This document shows positions 1-12,087 of a DNA stretch of 64,000 bases, piece by piece. This DNA is from Nemertoderma westbladi (Eukaryota; Animalia; Xenacoelomorpha): contig JAUCBJ010005092.1 in the NCBI GenBank assembly GCA_032718475.1, positions 1 to 64,000 on the forward strand, given 5' to 3'. The position numbers and the translations under genes are program-made. Numbering within the stretch: position 1 is the first letter of the stretch; every line of letters begins with the position of its first letter. Under the pieces are notes generated by a model. The model was given only the letters and a program-made list of their open reading frames with translations, had not been told where the DNA came from and ran no database searches.

Positions 1-94
1 AGGAAGTTTCTTTACAGATGCCTCGGTTCTGATTGGCCCATGGCGGGGGTCTAGTATCCTCTGATTTTGGCGCCTCTCAGTGAGATTATTACCC
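1..94 (-). CDS. CCDC169: CCDC169-like gene, exon 8 (partial; continues beyond window start)
   Basis: Acceptor ttattttag|G at 95/94. Phase-2 entry reads (R)GNNLTERRQNQRILDPRHGPIRTEASVKKLP, open to the window edge, and is compatible with the exon 7 donor. Resembles the C-terminal ...GPVKK...LP motif of vertebrate CCDC169 as recalled from memory. Confidence 0.75.
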
Positions 95-156
95 CTAAAA
101 TAATTTAAGTAACAATAATTATGAAGTGCCGATTTAATGAGATTTCAAAAATTGTC

Positions 157-3100
157 AGGCCTACTAAGAATGTACCGGGTGTTCCATAGTTCCATAATGA
201 TTGCCCCCCAGGCCTACTAAGAATGTACCGGGTGTTCCATAGTTCCATAATGATTGCCCCCCAGGCCTACTAAGAATGTACCGGGTGTTCCATAGTTCCA
301 TAATGATTGCCCCCCAGGCCTACTAAGAATGTACCGGATGTTCCATAGTTCCATAATGATTGCCCCCCAGTCCTACTAAGAATGTACCGGGTGTTCCATA
401 GTTCCATAATGATTGCCCCCCCTGGCCTACTAAGAATGTACCGGGTGTTCCATAGTTCCATAATGATTGCCCCCCCAGGCCTACTAAGAATGTACCGGGT
501 GTTCCATAGTTCCATAATGATTGCCCCCCTGGCCTACTAAGAATGTACCAGGTGTTCCATAGTTCCATAATGATTGCCCCCCTGGCCTACTAAGAATGTA
601 CCGGGTGTTCCATAGTTCCATAATGATTGCCCCCCTGGCCTACTAAGAATGTACCGGGTGTTCCATAGTTCCATAATGATTGCCCCCCAGGCCTACTAAG
701 AATGTACCGGGTGTTCCATAGTTCCATAATGATTGCCCCCCTGGCCTACTAAGAATGTACCGGTGTTCCATAGTTCCATAATGATTGCCCCCCAGGCCTA
801 CTAAGAATGTACCGGGTGTTCCATAGTTCCATAATGATTGCCCCCCTGGCCTACTAAGAATGTACCGGGTGTTCCATAGTTCCATAATGATTGCCCCCCC
901 CCCCTGGCCTACTGAGAATGTACCGGGTGTTCCATAGTTCCATAATGATTGCCCCCCCCCCCAGGCCTACTAAGAATGTACCGGGTGTTCCATAGTTCCA
1001 TAATGATTGCCCCCCAGGCCTACTAAGAATGTACCGGTGTTCCATAGTTCCATAATGATTGCCCCCCAGGCCTACTAAGAATGTACCGGGTGTTCCATAG
1101 TTCCATAATGATTGCCCCCCTGGCCTACTAAGAATGTACCGGGTGTTCCATAGTTTCATAATGATTGCCCCCCCCCCCCCCCCCCCAGGCCTACTAAGAA
1201 TGTACCGGGTGTTCCATAGTTCCATAATGATTGCCCCCCTGGCCTACTAAGAATGTACCGGGTGTTCCATAGTTCCATAATGATTGCCCCCCTAGCCTAC
1301 TAAGAATGTACCGGGTGTTCCATAGTTCCTTAATGATTGCCCCCCAGGCCTACTAAGAATGTACCGGATGTTCCATAGTTCCATAATGATTGCCCCCCAG
1401 GCCTACTAAGAATGTACCGGGTGTTCCATAGTTCCATAATGATTGCCCCCCAGGCCTACTAAGAATGTACCGGGTGTTCCATAGTTCCATAATGATTGCC
1501 CCCCCCCTGGCCTACTAAGAATGTACCGGGTGTTCCATAGTTCCATAATGATTGCCCCCCCCCCCCAGGCCTACTAAGAATTTACCGGGTGTTCCATAGT
1601 TCCATAATGATTGCCCCCCCTGGCCTACTAAGAATGTACCGGGTGTTCCATAGTTCCATAATGATTGCCCCCCCCCCCCCCCAGGCCTACTAAGAATGTA
1701 CCGGGTGTTCCATAGTTCCATAATGATTGCCCCCCCAGGCCTACTAAGAATGTACCGGGAGTTCCATAGTTCCATAATGATTGCCCCCCAGGCCTACTAA
1801 GAATGTACCGGGTGTTCCATAGTTCCATAATGATTGCCCCCGAGGCCTACTAAGAATTTACCGGGTGTTCCATAGTTCCATAATGATTGCCCCCCTGGCC
1901 TACTAAGAATGTACTGGGGGGTGTTCCATAGTTCCATAATGATTGCCCCCCAGGCCTACTAAGAATTTACCGGGAGTTCCATAGTTCCATAATGATTGCC
2001 CCCCCAGGCCTACTAAGAATGTACCGGGTGTTCCATAGTTCCATAATGATTGCCCCCCTGGCCTACTAAGAATGTACCGGGTGTTCCATAGTTCCATAAT
2101 GATTGCCCCCAAGGCCTACTAAGAATGTACCGGGTGTTCCATAGTTCCATAATGATTGCCCCCCTGGCCTACTAAGAATGTACCGGGTGTTCCATAGTTC
2201 CATAATGATTGCCCCCCTGGCCTACTAAGAATTTACCGGGTGTTCCATAGTTCCATAATGATTGCCCCCCAGGCCTACTAAGAATTTACCGGGTGTTCCA
2301 TAATGATTGCACCCCCAGGCCTACTAAGAATGTACCGGGTGTTCCATAGTTCCTTAATGATTGCCCCCCAGGCCTACTAAGAATGTACCGGATGTTCCAT
2401 AGTTCCATAATGATTGCCCCCCAGGCCTACTAAGAATGTACCGGGTGTTCCATAGTTCCATAATGATTGCCCCCCAGGCCTACTAAGAATGTACCGGGTG
2501 TTCCATAGTTCCATAATGATTGCCCCCCCCTGGCCTACTAAGAATGTACCGGGTGTTCCATAGTTCCATAATGATTGCCCCCCCCCCCCCCCCAGGCCTA
2601 CTAAGAATTTACCGGGTGTTCCATAGTTCCATAATGATTGCCCCCCCTGGCCTACTAAGAATGTACCGGGTGTTCCATAGTTCCATAATGATTGCCCCCC
2701 CCCCCCCCCAGGCCTACTAAGAATGTACCGGGTGTTCCATAGTTCCATAATGATTGCCCCCCCAGGCCTACTAAGAATGTACCGGGAGTTCCATAGTTCC
2801 ATAATGATTGCCCCCCAGGCCTACTAAGAATGTACCGGGTGTTCCATAGTTCCATAATGATTGCCCCCGAGGCCTACTAAGAATTTACCGGGTGTTCCAT
2901 AGTTCCATAATGATTGCCCCCTGGCCTACTAAGAATGTACTGGGGGGTGTTCCATAGTTCCATAATGATTGCCCCCCAGGCCTACTAAGAATTTACCGGG
3001 AGTTCCATAGTTCCATAATGATTGCCCCCCCCAGGCCTACTAAGAATGTACCGGGTGTTCCATAGTTCCATAATGATTGCCCCCCTGGCCTACTAAGAAT

Positions 3101-3369
3101 GTACCGGGTGTTCCATAGTTCCATAATGATTGCCCCCAAGGCCTACTAAGAATGTACCGGGTGTTCCATAGTTCCATAATGATTGCCCCCCTGGCCTACT
3201 AAGAATGTACCGGGTGTTCCATAGTTCCATAATGATTGCCCCCCTGGCCTACTAAGAATTTACCGGGTGTTCCATAGTTCCATAATGATTGCCCCCCAGG
3301 CCTACTAAGAATTTACCGGGTGTTCCATAATGATTGCACCCCCAGGCCTACTAAGAATGTACCGGGTGT
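157..3369. repeat. Minisatellite A, 53-bp unit AGGCCTACTAAGAATGTACCGGGTGTTCCATAGTTCCATAATGATTGCCCCCC, about 60 copies, variable poly-C tract
   Basis: Unit starts at 157, 210, 263 and so on. Poly-C length varies from about 5 to 19. Lies in intron 7 of the CCDC169-like gene. Confidence 0.97.
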
Positions 3370-3372
3370 CTC

Positions 3373-6300
3373 TTGGTGAAGTAAGTTTGTTTACCATTGG
3401 AAGTCTATTTGTTAAGTAAGTTTGTTTACCATTGGAAGTCTATTTGTTAAGTAAGTTTGTTTAACATTGGAAGTCTGTTGTTGAAGTAAGTTTGTTTAAC
3501 ATTGGAAGTCTGTTGTTGAAGTAAGTTTGTTTAACATTGGAAGTCTGTTGGTAAAGTAAGTTTGTTTAACATTGGAAGTCTGTTGGTGAAGTAAGTTTGT
3601 TTAACATTGGAAGTCTGTTGGTAAAGTAAGTTTGTTTAACATTGGAAGTCTGTTGTTGAAGTAAGTTTGTTTAACATTGGAAGTCTGTTGGTGTAGTAAG
3701 TTTGTTTAACATTGGAAGTCTGTTGGTTAAGTAAGTTTGTTTAACATTGGAAGTCTGTTTGCTAAGTAAGTTTGATTAACATTGGAAGTCTGTTTGTTAA
3801 GTAAGTTTGTTTAACATTGGAAGTCTGTTGGTGAAGTAAGTTTGTTTAACATTGGAAGTCTGTTGTTGAAGTAAGTTTGTTTAACATTGGAAATCTGTTG
3901 GTGAAGTAAGTTTGTTTAACATTGGAAGTCTGTTGGTGAAGTAAGTTTGTTTAACATTGGAAGTCTGTTGGTAAAGTAAGTTTGTTTAACATTGGAAGTC
4001 TGTTTGTTAAGTAAGTTTGTTTATCATTGGAAGTCTGTTGGTGAAGTAAGATTGTTTAACATTGGAAGTCTGTTGGTGAAGTAAGTTTCTTTAACATTGG
4101 AAGTCTGTTGTTGAAGTAAGTTTGTTTAACATTGGAAGTCTGTTGGTGAAGTAAGTTTGTTTAACATTGGAAGTCAGTTTGCTAAGTAAGTTTGATTAAC
4201 ATTGGAAGTCTGTTGGTGAAGTAAGTTTGTTTAACATTGGAAGTCTGTTGGTGAAGTAAGATTGTTTAACATTGGAAGTCTGTTGGTGAAGTAAGTTTCT
4301 TTAACATTGGAAGTCTGTTGTTGAAGTAAGTTTGTTTAACATTGGAAGTCTGTTGGTGAAGTAAGTTTGTTTAACATTGGAAGTCTGTTGGTGAAGTAAG
4401 TTTGTTTAACATTGGAAGTCTGTTGGTGAAGTAAGATTGTTTAACATTGGAAGTCTGTTGTTGAAGTAAGTTTGTTTAACATTGGAAGTCTGTTGGTAAA
4501 GTAAGTTTGTTTAACATTGGAAGTCTGTTGTTGAAGTAAGTTTGTTTAACATTGGAAGTCTGTTGGTAAAGTAAGTTTGTTTAACATTGGAAGTCTGTTG
4601 GTAAAGTAAGTTTGTTTAACATTGGAAGTCTGTTGTTGATGTAAGTTTGTTTAACATTGGAAGTCTGTTGTTGAAGTAAGTTTGTTTAACATTGGAAGTC
4701 TGTTGGTGAAGTAAGTTTGTTTAACATTGGAAGGCTGTTGTTGAAGTAAGTTTGTTTAACATTGGAAGTCTGTTGGTGAAGTAAGTTTGTTTAACATTGG
4801 AAGTCTGTTGGTAAAGTAAGTTTGTTTAACATTGGAAGTCTGTTGTTGAAGTAAGTTTGTTTAACATTGGAAGTCTGTTGGTAAAGTAAGTTTGTTTAAC
4901 ATTGGAAGTCTGTTGGTAAAGTAAGTTTGTTTAACATTGGAAGTCTGTTGTTGATGTAAGTTTGTTTAACATTGGAAGTCTGTTGTTGAAGTAAGTTTGT
5001 TTAACATTGGAAGTCTGTTGGTGAAGTAAGTTTGTTTAACATTGGAAGGCTGTTGTTGAAGTAAGTTTGTTTAACATTGGAAGTCTGTTGGTGAAGTAAG
5101 TTTGTTTAACATTGGAAGTCTGTTGGTGAAGTAAGTTTGTTTAACATTGGAAGTCTGTTGTTGAAGTAAGTTTGTTTAACATTGGAAGTCTGTTGTTGAA
5201 GTAAGTCTGTTTAACATTGGAAGTCTGTTGTTGAAGTAAGTTTCTTTAACATTGGAAGTCTGTTGGTGAAGTAAGTTTGTTTAACATTGGAAGTCTGTTG
5301 GTGAAGTAAGTTTGTTTAACATTGGAAGGCTGTTGTTGAAGTAAGTTTGTTTAACATTGGAAGTCTGTTGGTGAAGTAAGTTTGTTTAACATTGGAAGGC
5401 TGTTGTTGAAGTAAGTTTGTTTAACATTGGAAGTCTGTTGGTGAAGTAAGTTTGTTTAACATTGGAAGTCTGTTGGTGAAGTAAGTTTGTTTAACATTGG
5501 AAGGCTGTTGTTGAAGTAAGTTTGTTTAACATTGGAAGTCTGTTGGTGAAGTAAGTTTGTTTAACATTGGAAGGCTGTTGTTGAAGTAAGTTTGTTTAAC
5601 ATTGGAAGTCTGTTGGTGAAGTAAGTTTGTTTAACATTGGAAGTCTGTTGGTGAAGTAAGTTTGTTTAACATTGGAAGGCTGTTGTTGAAGTAAGTTTGT
5701 TTAACATTGGAAGTCTGTTGGTGAAGTAAGTTTGTTTAACATTGGAAGGCTGTTGTTGAAGTAAGTTTGTTTAACATTGGAAGTCTGTTGGTGAAGTAAG
5801 TTTGTTTAACATTGGAAGTCTGTTGGTGAAGTAAGTTTGTTTAACATTGGAAGTCTGTTGTTGAAGTAAGTTTGTTTAACATTGGAAGTCTGTTGGTAAA
5901 CTAAGTTTGTTTAACATTGGAAGTCTGTTGTTGAAGTAAGTTTGTTTAACATTGGAAGTCTGTTGGTAAAGTAAGTTTGTTTAACATTGGAAGTCTGTTG
6001 GTAAAGTAAGTTTGTTTAACATTGGAAGTCTGTTGTTGAAGTAAGTCTGTTTAACATTGGAAGTCTGTTGTTGAAGTAAGTTTGTTTAACATTGGAAGTC
6101 TGTTGGTGAAGTAAGTTTGTTTAACATTGGAAGTCTGTTGGTGAAGTAAGTTTGTTTAACATTGGAAGTCTGTTGGTGAAGTAAGATTGTTTAACATTGG
6201 AAGTCTGTTGGTGAAGTAAGTTTCTTTAACATTGGAAGTCTGTTGGTGAAGTAAGTTTGTTTAACATTGGAAGTCTGTTGGTGAAGTAAGATTGTTTAAC

Positions 6301-9300
6301 ATTGGAAGTCTGTTGGTGAAGTAAGTTTCTTTAACATTGGAAGTCTGTTGTTGAAGTAAGTTTGTTTAACATTGGAAGTCTGTTGGTGAAGTAAGTTTGT
6401 TTAACATTGGAAGTCTGTTGGTGAAGTAAGTTTGTTTAACATTGGAAGTCTGTTGGTGAAGTAAGATTGTTTAACATTGGAAGTCTGTTGTTGAAGTAAG
6501 TTTGTTTAACATTGGAAGTCTGTTGGTAAACTAAGTTTGTTTAACATTGGAAGTCTGTTGTTGAAGTAAGTTTGTTTAACATTGGAAGTCTGTTGGTAAA
6601 GTAAGTTTGTTTAACATTGGAAGTCTGTTGGTAAAGTAAGTTTGTTTAACATTGGAAGTCTGTTGTTGATGTAAGTTTGTTTAACATTGGAAGTCTGTTG
6701 TTGAAGTAAGTTTGTTTAACATTGGAAGTCTGTTGGTGAAGTAAGTTTGTTTAACATTGGAAGGCTGTTGTTGAAGTAAGTTTGTTTAACATTGGAAGTC
6801 TGTTGGTGAAGTAAGTTTGTTTAACATTGGAAGTCTGTTGTTGAAGTAAGTTTGTTTAACATTGGAAGTCTGTTGGTGAAGTAAGTTTGTTTAACATTGG
6901 AAGTCTGTTGGTGAAGTAAGATTGTTTAACATTGGAAGTCTGTTGTTGAAGTAAGTTTGTTTAACATTGGAAGTCTGTTGGTAAAGTAAGTTTGTTTAAC
7001 ATTGGAAGTCTGTTGTTGAAGTAAGTTTGTTTAACATTGGAAGTCTGTTTGTTAAGTAAGTTTGTTTATCATTGGAAGTCTGTTGGTGAAGTAAGATTGT
7101 TTAACATTGGAAGTCTGTTGGTGAAGTAAGTTTCTTTAACATTGGAAGTCTGTTGTTGAAGTAAGTTTGTTTAACATTGGAAGTCTGTTGGTGAAGTAAG
7201 TTTGTTTAACATTGGAAGTCAGTTTGCTAAGTAAGTTTGATTAACATTGGAAGTCTGTTGGTGAAGTAAGTTTGTTTAACATTGGAAGTCTGTTGGTGAA
7301 GTAAGATTGTTTAACATTGGAAGTCTGTTGGTGAAGTAAGTTTCTTTAACATTGGAAGTCTGTTGTTGAAGTAAGTTTGTTTAACATTGGAAGTCTGTTG
7401 GTGAAGTAAGTTTGTTTAACATTGGAAGTCTGTTGGTGAAGTAAGTTTGTTTAACATTGGAAGTCTGTTGGTGAAGTAAGATTGTTTAACATTGGAAGTC
7501 TGTTGTTGAAGTAAGTTTGTTTAACATTGGAAGTCTGTTGGTAAAGTAAGTTTGTTTAACATTGGAAGTCTGTTGTTGAAGTAAGTTTGTTTAACATTGG
7601 AAGTCTGTTGGTAAAGTAAGTTTGTTTAACATTGGAAGTCTGTTGGTAAAGTAAGTTTGTTTAACATTGGAAGTCTGTTGTTGATGTAAGTTTGTTTAAC
7701 ATTGGAAGTCTGTTGTTGAAGTAAGTTTGTTTAACATTGGAAGTCTGTTGGTGAAGTAAGTTTGTTTAACATTGGAAGGCTGTTGTTGAAGTAAGTTTGT
7801 TTAACATTGGAAGTCTGTTGGTGAAGTAAGTTTGTTTAACATTGGAAGTCTGTTGGTAAAGTAAGTTTGTTTAACATTGGAAGTCTGTTGTTGAAGTAAG
7901 TTTGTTTAACATTGGAAGTCTGTTGGTAAAGTAAGTTTGTTTAACATTGGAAGTCTGTTGGTAAAGTAAGTTTGTTTAACATTGGAAGTCTGTTGTTGAT
8001 GTAAGTTTGTTTAACATTGGAAGTCTGTTGTTGAAGTAAGTTTGTTTAACATTGGAAGTCTGTTGGTGAAGTAAGTTTGTTTAACATTGGAAGGCTGTTG
8101 TTGAAGTAAGTTTGTTTAACATTGGAAGTCTGTTGGTGAAGTAAGTTTGTTTAACATTGGAAGTCTGTTGGTGAAGTAAGTTTGTTTAACATTGGAAGTC
8201 TGTTGGTGAAGTAAGTTTCTTTAACATTGGAAGTCTGTTGTTGAAGTAAGTTTGTTTAACATTGGAAGTCTGTTGTTGAAGTAAGTTTGTTTAACATTGG
8301 AAGTCTGTTGGTGAAGTAAGTTTGTTTAACATTGGAAGTCTGTTGGTGAAGTAAGTTTGTTTAACATTGGAAGTCTGTTGGTGAAGTAAGATTGTTTAAC
8401 ATTGGAAGTCTGTTGGTGAAGTAAGTTTCTTTAACATTGGAAGTCTGTTGGTGAAGTAAGTTTGTTTAACATTGGAAGTCTGTTGGTGAAGTAAGATTGT
8501 TTAACATTGGAAGTCTGTTGGTGAAGTAAGTTTCTTTAACATTGGAAGTCTGTTGTTGAAGTAAGTTTGTTTAACATTGGAAGTCTGTTGGTGAAGTAAG
8601 TTTCTTTAACATTGGAAGTCTGTTGTTGAAGTAAGTTTGTTTAACATTGGAAGTCTGTTGGTGAAGTAAGTTTGTTTAACATTGGAAGTCTGTTGGTGAA
8701 GTAAGTTTGTTTAACATTGGAAGTCTGTTGGTGAAGTAAGATTGTTTAACATTGGAAGTCTGTTGTTGAAGTAAGTTTGTTTAACATTGGAAGTCTGTTG
8801 GTAAAGTAAGTTTGTTTAACATTGGAAGTCTGTTGTTGAAGTAAGTTTGTTTAACATTGGAAGTCTGTTGGTAAAGTAAGTTTGTTTAACATTGGAAGTC
8901 TGTTGGTAAAGTAAGTTTGTTTAACATTGGAAGTCTGTTGTTGATGTAAGTTTGTTTAACATTGGAAGTCTGTTGTTGAAGTAAGTTTGTTTAACATTGG
9001 AAGTCTGTTGGTGAAGTAAGTTTGTTTAACATTGGAAGGCTGTTGTTGAAGTAAGTTTGTTTAACATTGGAAGTCTGTTGGTGAAGTAAGTTTGTTTAAC
9101 ATTGGAAGTCTGTTGGTAAAGTAAGTTTGTTTAACATTGGAAGTCTGTTGTTGAAGTAAGTTTGTTTAACATTGGAAGTCTGTTGGTAAAGTAAGTTTGT
9201 TTAACATTGGAAGTCTGTTGGTAAAGTAAGTTTGTTTAACATTGGAAGTCTGTTGTTGATGTAAGTTTGTTTAACATTGGAAGTCTGTTGTTGAAGTAAG

Positions 9301-10506
9301 TTTGTTTAACATTGGAAGTCTGTTGGTGAAGTAAGTTTGTTTAACATTGGAAGGCTGTTGTTGAAGTAAGTTTGTTTAACATTGGAAGTCTGTTGGTGAA
9401 GTAAGTTTGTTTAACATTGGAAGTCTGTTGGTGAAGTAAGTTTGTTTAACATTGGAAGTCTGTTGGTGAAGTAAGTTTCTTTAACATTGGAAGTCTGTTG
9501 TTGAAGTAAGTTTGTTTAACATTGGAAGTCTGTTGTTGAAGTAAGTTTGTTTAACATTGGAAGTCTGTTGGTGAAGTAAGTTTGTTTAACATTGGAAGTC
9601 TGTTGGTGAAGTAAGTTTGTTTAACATTGGAAGTCTGTTGGTGAAGTAAGATTGTTTAACATTGGAAGTCTGTTGGTGAAGTAAGTTTCTTTAACATTGG
9701 AAGTCTGTTGGTGAAGTAAGTTTGTTTAACATTGGAAGTCTGTTGGTGAAGTAAGATTGTTTAACATTGGAAGTCTGTTGGTGAAGTAAGTTTCTTTAAC
9801 ATTGGAAGTCTGTTGTTGAAGTAAGTTTGTTTAACATTGGAAGTCTGTTGGTGAAGTAAGTTTGTTTAACATTGGAAGTCTGTTGGTGAAGTAAGTTTGT
9901 TTAACATTGGAAGTCTGTTGGTGAAGTAAGATTGTTTAACATTGGAAGTCTGTTGTTGAAGTAAGTTTGTTTAACATTGGAAGTCTGTTGGTAAAGTAAG
10001 TTTGTTTAACATTGGAAGTCTGTTGTTGAAGTAAGTTTGTTTAACATTGGAAGTCTGTTGGTAAAGTAAGTTTGTTTAACATTGGAAGTCTGTTGGTAAA
10101 GTAAGTTTGTTTAACATTGGAAGTCTGTTGTTGATGTAAGTTTGTTTAACATTGGAAGTCTGTTGGTGAAGTAAGTTTGTTTAACATTGGAAGTCTGTTG
10201 GTGAAGTAAGTTTGTTTAACATTGGAAGGCTGTTGTTGAAGTAAGTTTGTTTAACATTGGAAGTCTGTTGGTGAAGTAAGTTTGTTTAACATTGGAAGTC
10301 TGTTGGTAAAGTAAGTTTGTTTAACATTGGAAGTCTGTTGTTGAAGTAAGTTTGTTTAACATTGGAAGTCTGTTGGTAAAGTAAGTTTGTTTAACATTGG
10401 AAGTCTGTTGGTAAAGTAAGTTTGTTTAACATTGGAAGTCTGTTGGTGAAGTAAGTGTGTTTAACATTGGAAGTCTGTTGGTGAAGTAAGTTTGTTTAAC
10501 ATTGGA
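3373..10506. repeat. Minisatellite B, left part, 35-bp unit GTAAGTTTGTTTAACATTGGAAGTCTGTTGGTGAA, about 204 copies
   Basis: GTAAG at 3381 and 10486 are exactly 203x35 apart. Only substitution variants seen (ggtgaa/gttgaa/ggtaaa, aagtc/aaggc). Confidence 0.98.
10402..10506. repeat. Left copy of a ~105-bp target-site duplication of RTE copy 1 (right copy 12088-12192)
   Basis: Three B units (ggtaaa unit, unit with rare gtaagTGTGT variant, ggtgaa unit ending ATTGGA) occur identically on both sides of the LINE. I saw the TGTGT variant only at about 10451 and 12137. Confidence 0.75.
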
Positions 10507-12087
10507 CTACTACTACTAGGATCGGCATGCTGCATTGCAGCTGCATTTTTAAGAATGCTGTGCCGGCTTGTCAACAAAATTGCACCGCCACAACTCCCTA
10601 TCACCCATGACATTTGCTAGATCATCCGCATCTTTAAGGCCAGTGTCCTTTAAGATGCGTCTCAAGAAAGTCATGGGCTGTCCACCATGCTTATTCACTC
10701 CATGAGGCTGCCAAAGTACAAGATTATGCACTGGCTGGTCCTCACGGCGAAAGCAATGTCCTGCAAAGCGGAGGCGATTTTGTTCTAGTGTCAAGCTTGG
10801 GGGAACCAATGAGACACCTCCAATGTTATATAGTGTCTGGTTGGAGATGTGTGCATTGTACTTGACACAATGAACCCGGCGTAGCATTCTTGTGAATGTG
10901 CCATCCAGAGATTTGGTGTCCTCAGCAGTTAGAGCCCAGCATGGACTCCCGTAGAGGAGTACTGGAACTACTGCTGCTCTAAATAATCGGACCTTAAGTT
11001 TCCGATTAATTCTCGGTGATTTCCAAATCCTGGAAAGCCTATTCAAGGCTGTCCATGCCTTTCCCTTACGTATTCGAAGGTCCTCACCTGACTTCCGGAT
11101 CCATGATCCCAGGTAACAGAAGTCGTCCACATGCTCAAGCATACCATCCTTTGAGCTTATGCTCATCCGATCAGAGACTTGCTGAGGACTTTCAAAGTTA
11201 ACTGTCAGAATTTTGGTCTTTCTGGAGTTAATAAAAAGTCCAACACTAGAAGCAGCATGTTCTAATGAGCTGAGGAGCCGTTGGGCTCCCTCTAATGATT
11301 CTGAGAGTACTCCTAAGTCATCAGCAAAGTCTAGATCAGTTAGGTACTTGGCAGGATTTCCTCGACTTCTGGAGCCAGTAGGTGGAGTTATCATCACCCC
11401 ATCATCATTATGATGATCTAAGGACATGCGTAGAACATAGTCAACCACAATAATGAACAAGAATGGTGCAAGTGTGTCTCCTTGGAGGACGCCCCATAAC
11501 ACTTCAAATGGTTCTGTGTCACCGTCAACAGTAGACACAAATGTTGTCGAACCATCGTATACTGATCTGATTGCTGCAATAATTTCATCAGGAATCCCAT
11601 ATAATGAAAGTATGCTGAACATACGTGAGCGAGAGACTGAATCAAAGGCCTTGAAGAAGTCAACAAAGATAACAGCCAGATGCCTGTCTTTCTTTTTTGA
11701 TAATTCTTCAATTATCCTTCTAAGTGCCAAAATGGGCTCCATGGTCCCACGACCTTTACGGAACCCATTCTGATTTCCACGGAGCAGTCTCTCAATGGGA
11801 TCCTTGATGCGATTTAATAGAATCCTATTGTATAGCTTTGCAGCAATCGAGATCAATGAGATTCCCCGAAAAGAACCATAGAGTGTTAGGTTGCCCTTCT
11901 TGGGAACTGGCACCAACTTATTTGTTTTCATTTCTTGTGGGACTCTTGTTGTTCGGTACATGTCTACTATGATGGGATAGATGAGCTTTAAACACTCAGG
12001 TATTTTAAAGACCTCAGGGGGAACACCATCTACTCCACTGGCACGATTGGTCTTAATGCTCTTTGCAGCAGCCTTAATGCTCTTTGC
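10507..12087 (-). mobile_element. 5'-truncated RTE-clade non-LTR retrotransposon, copy 1, inserted into minisatellite B
   Basis: RT ORF, short 3' UTR and (TAG)n tail (CTACTACTACTA at 10507-10518 on +). Satellite B resumes on the other side. Confidence 0.93.
10549..12087 (-). CDS. Non-LTR reverse transcriptase (RTE-type), N-terminally truncated, no endonuclease domain present
   Basis: Motifs PVPKKG, FRGISLIS, QNGFRKGR, FVDFFKAFDSV, GVLQGDTLAPFLF, LDFADD, FCYLGS and the RTE-like C-terminal LLYGSPCW and RLRFAGH. The frame is open upstream of the tracked ATG (11961) through KSIKTNRASGVDGVPPEVFK to the truncation point. Confidence 0.9.
   Translation of the reverse strand, partial: AKSIKAAAKSIKTNRASGVDGVPPEVFKIPECLKLIYPIIVDMYRTTRVPQEMKTNKLVPVPKKGNLTLYGSFRGISLISIAAKLYNRILLNRIKDPIERLLRGNQNGFRKGRGTMEPILALRRIIEELSKKKDRHLAVIFVDFFKAFDSVSRSRMFSILSLYGIPDEIIAAIRSVYDGSTTFVSTVDGDTEPFEVLWGVLQGDTLAPFLFIIVVDYVLRMSLDHHNDDGVMITPPTGSRSRGNPAKYLTDLDFADDLGVLSESLEGAQRLLSSLEHAASSVGLFINSRKTKILTVNFESPQQVSDRMSISSKDGMLEHVDDFCYLGSWIRKSGEDLRIRKGKAWTALNRLSRIWKSPRINRKLKVRLFRAAVVPVLLYGSPCWALTAEDTKSLDGTFTRMLRRVHCVKYNAHISNQTLYNIGGVSLVPPSLTLEQNRLRFAGHCFRREDQPVHNLVLWQPHGVNKHGGQPMTFLRRILKDTGLKDADDLANVMGDRELWRCNFVDKPAQHS

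Noticed and set aside
270-2855. Short ORFs in array A
   Set aside because: Frame-shifting translations of a 53-bp unit with variable poly-C. No domain recognised.
11016-11773. Small overlapping ORFs in RTE copy 1 (and 31670-32010, 32820-33038 in copy 2)
   Set aside because: Antisense or alternate-frame shadows of the RT sequence.
10549-11961. Retron, DGR or telomerase-like RT that templates the flanking repeats
   Set aside because: Motifs, 5' truncation, (TAG)n tail, TSDs and a second dispersed copy identify an ordinary RTE LINE. No satellite sequence lies inside the element.
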